The notes under the pieces: generated by a model
Told to the model about the DNA's origin: nothing
Databases searched by the model: none
Seen by the model: the letters and a program-made list of their open reading frames with translations, nothing else
NCBI GenBank assembly: GCA_951812805.1
Contig: CATOSZ010000008.1
Location: forward strand, 136,137 to 200,136
Direction: 5' to 3'
DNA from: an uncultured Alphaproteobacteria bacterium
Lineage (GTDB): Bacteria > Pseudomonadota > Alphaproteobacteria > GCA-2731375
DNA length: 64,000 nt
Part shown: positions 62,492 through 64,000 of the stretch, piece after piece
Layout: the number at the start of each line of letters is the position of its first letter
How positions within the stretch are numbered: the stretch's first letter is position 1
Translations under genes and position numbers: made by a program

Positions 62492-63577
62492 CTAACGTTT
62501 GAAGATCCCTTCGAGGGTCTTGCCGATCCCCTTCACCGTATCTTCGACGGTGCCGCGGGCCCGGTCGACGGTGCCGCCGCCCTGGCTGTCGGCCGGCGGG
62601 GCGACGCCGTCCTTGGCCTGTTCGATGGCCGCCAGGCAGGGGTTTTCCGCGTCCCCCGTATCGCCGCCGACCAGGACCGCCGCGATTCCGGCCGGGCCGA
62701 ACAGTGCCGCGCCGCCGATCGCCTTGCCGAGCGCGATACCGCCCTTCACCGCATCGATGCCGAGCTTGGGGTTGGCGAGCGTGCCGGAAAGCCGGAACGG
62801 TTTCGCCAACTCGCCGAGGCTGAGCGTGACGCGACCAACGCCGTCGGCACCGGCGCCGCTCTTCGGTGTCGGCTCGATGCCGATATCGAGGCGTTCGTTG
62901 CGCAGGTTCACCTTGCCCTCGCCCACCACGGTGGTGCGATCGGTGTCGAGCACCAGGTCGGTGACCGTGGCTATCCCCTGCTTGATGCGGAAGCGGCTGA
63001 CGGCGCAGTTCACGTTGGTGTAGGGCCCGTCGCCCCCGCCGCCGAGGATCGGCAAGGCGTCGAGGGCGAGATCGCCGCCGACCACCTCGACCAGCTTGTT
63101 GTCGATCCGGCCGCGCCCGGTGATCAGCTCCGTTCGCCCGTTCGCCCGCGCCATGATTTGGGCAATGGAAGCACCGCGACCGCGCAGGCGCACGTCGACG
63201 TCCAGCTTGCCCCGCACCTCGTCGCTGATGTCGAGTTCGCTCAACAACGCGTGCAGGTCGACTTGGCTGGCCTCGACATTCACCGTCAGCAGGCCTTCCC
63301 CCTTCGCCTTCGGCGCCAGTCGGATCAGCCCCTTGGCGGGGCCGTCGCCGACGAGCGCCTGCAGCGGCTGGATCCTGAGATCGCCGCCGGCCAGTGCCAG
63401 GCGGGCGACCAGGTCGCGGAACGGCAGGCGGCGCAGCAGGAGTTGCCCCGCCTCGATCTCGACCACGGCATCGAGGCTCTTGAGCGTGTCCCACGGCAAT
63501 CGCTCGGCGGGAAAGACCCGCTTGGCTTTCGGTCCCTTCTTTCTGCCCTGGGACTTGCCTCCCGTTGCCGGCAGCAT
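62492..63577 (-). pseudogene. AsmA-family protein, C-terminal portion only (no N-terminal membrane anchor)
   Basis: Matches the AsmA_2 C-terminal region. The ORF begins mid-domain (MLPATGGKSQGRKKGPKAKR…) with no signal or TM. The upstream in-frame sequence is repeat-derived rather than protein-like. Confidence 0.5.
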
Positions 63578-63579
63578 GC

Positions 63580-63685
63580 GCGTTTCGGAAAGTCCCGGAC
63601 ACCGATTACGGAAAGTCCTGGCCAGAGATTTCAGTAAGTCGCGGCCAGTGATTCCGGAAAGTCCCGGACAGCATCACGGGGCGAT
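63580..63685. repeat. four tandem ~23-bp direct repeats (consensus CGGAAAGTCCCGGACA + 7-8 nt spacer)
   Basis: tcggaaagtcccggacaccgatta / cggaaagtcctggccagagatttc / agtaagtcgcggccagtgattc / cggaaagtcccggacagcatcac, read directly. Confidence 0.7.
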
Positions 63686-63759
63686 CTGAGTTCAGCTTTC
63701 GGGTGCGCCGTCTCGGCGTCTACCTCTTGGCTTTTGCCGGGAGGGGACATGCCCAGACG

Positions 63760-64000
63760 TGTGAATCGGCATGCAAAACTGACCCACTTTGGTGGGTTAT
63801 GAGCGGTAAGAATTGACCCACCTGGAACGCTAGCATCCGCACGGAACAGTGCGGAGGAAAGAGCAGGTGGTATTGATGGAAAGCGTATTGAAGATCCGAC
63901 GTTGGATATTACGGGAGGGTCGGAGTATCCGATCTGTATCTCGTCAGACTGGTTTGTCGCGGAACACGATTAAGAAGTATCTGAAGGACGGCGATCCACC
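63760..64000 (+). mobile_element. IS21-family insertion sequence, copy 2 (left end and istA 5' end; continues beyond window), inverted relative to copy 1
   Basis: 63760-64000 is the reverse complement of 39527-39767 (spot checks of several ~25-mers showed no mismatches). The flanks diverge exactly at TGTGAATCGG. Confidence 0.85.
63876..64000 (+). CDS. istA: IS21-family transposase IstA, copy 2, N-terminal fragment (runs off the window)
   Basis: [41 protein letters not shown], identical to the copy 1 N-terminus. Confidence 0.85.
   Translation, partial: MESVLKIRRWILREGRSIRSVSRQTGLSRNTIKKYLKDGDP

Noticed and set aside
63578-63673. Possibility that the AsmA-like ORF extends upstream through the repeats (in-frame stretch …CCPGLSGITGRDLLKSLARTFRNRCPGLSETR before the Met)
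   Set aside because: The upstream peptide simply mirrors the DNA repeats (CPGLS twice) and has no AsmA-like features. Treated as non-coding.

Overview
High-GC chromosomal segment typical of an alphaproteobacterium (Rhodospirillales-like gene order and codon usage). There are many ATGA start/stop overlaps between adjacent genes. All reads below are from the sequence only.

Housekeeping backbone:
- yidC (C-terminal end), engB, argB.
- tRNA-Ala(GGC) with its terminator.
- aroA, cmk, rpsA, sppA, ihfB, a lapA-like gene, pyrF, trpF, trpB, trpA, accD, folC.
- On the minus strand: trxA, addA, addB and a murU-like nucleotidyltransferase.
- An XRE-family regulator, bamD, recN, ubiX, a receiver-only response regulator, moaA.

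Cobalamin (B12) cluster, about 46.0 to 61.7 kb:
- A cobalamin riboswitch, then cobU, cobW, cobN, cobO, cobQ on the plus strand, with cobD on the minus strand.
- cbiX, an unknown-domain::cobH fusion, cobL, cobI, a cbiG::cobJ fusion, cobM.
- cobG, cobF and cobK are absent from the window.

Mobile elements (four IS copies from three families):
- An IS481-family element inside a CHASE-PAS sensor histidine kinase, with an 8-bp target duplication that restores the reading frame exactly when the element is removed.
- An IS1182-family element 13 bp upstream of the aroA start codon.
- Two inverted copies of one IS21-family element, at 36793 to 39767 and from 63760 to the window edge. They bracket about 24 kb that holds the whole cob cluster. 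Copy 1 has no target duplication and the genes abutting each copy look 5'-truncated.

Other points of interest:
- A three-gene oxygenase/aminotransferase module (TauD-family dioxygenase, class III aminotransferase, CmcJ/AsaB-like protein) sits between argB and the disrupted kinase.
- An uncharacterised ~310-aa domain is fused to CobH.
- Thioredoxin has a CMPC active site instead of CGPC.
- A hexanucleotide repeat lies inside addA.
- Four ~23-bp direct repeats lie next to a truncated AsmA-family gene.
- A ~110-bp nested palindrome lies inside the IS21 copy.
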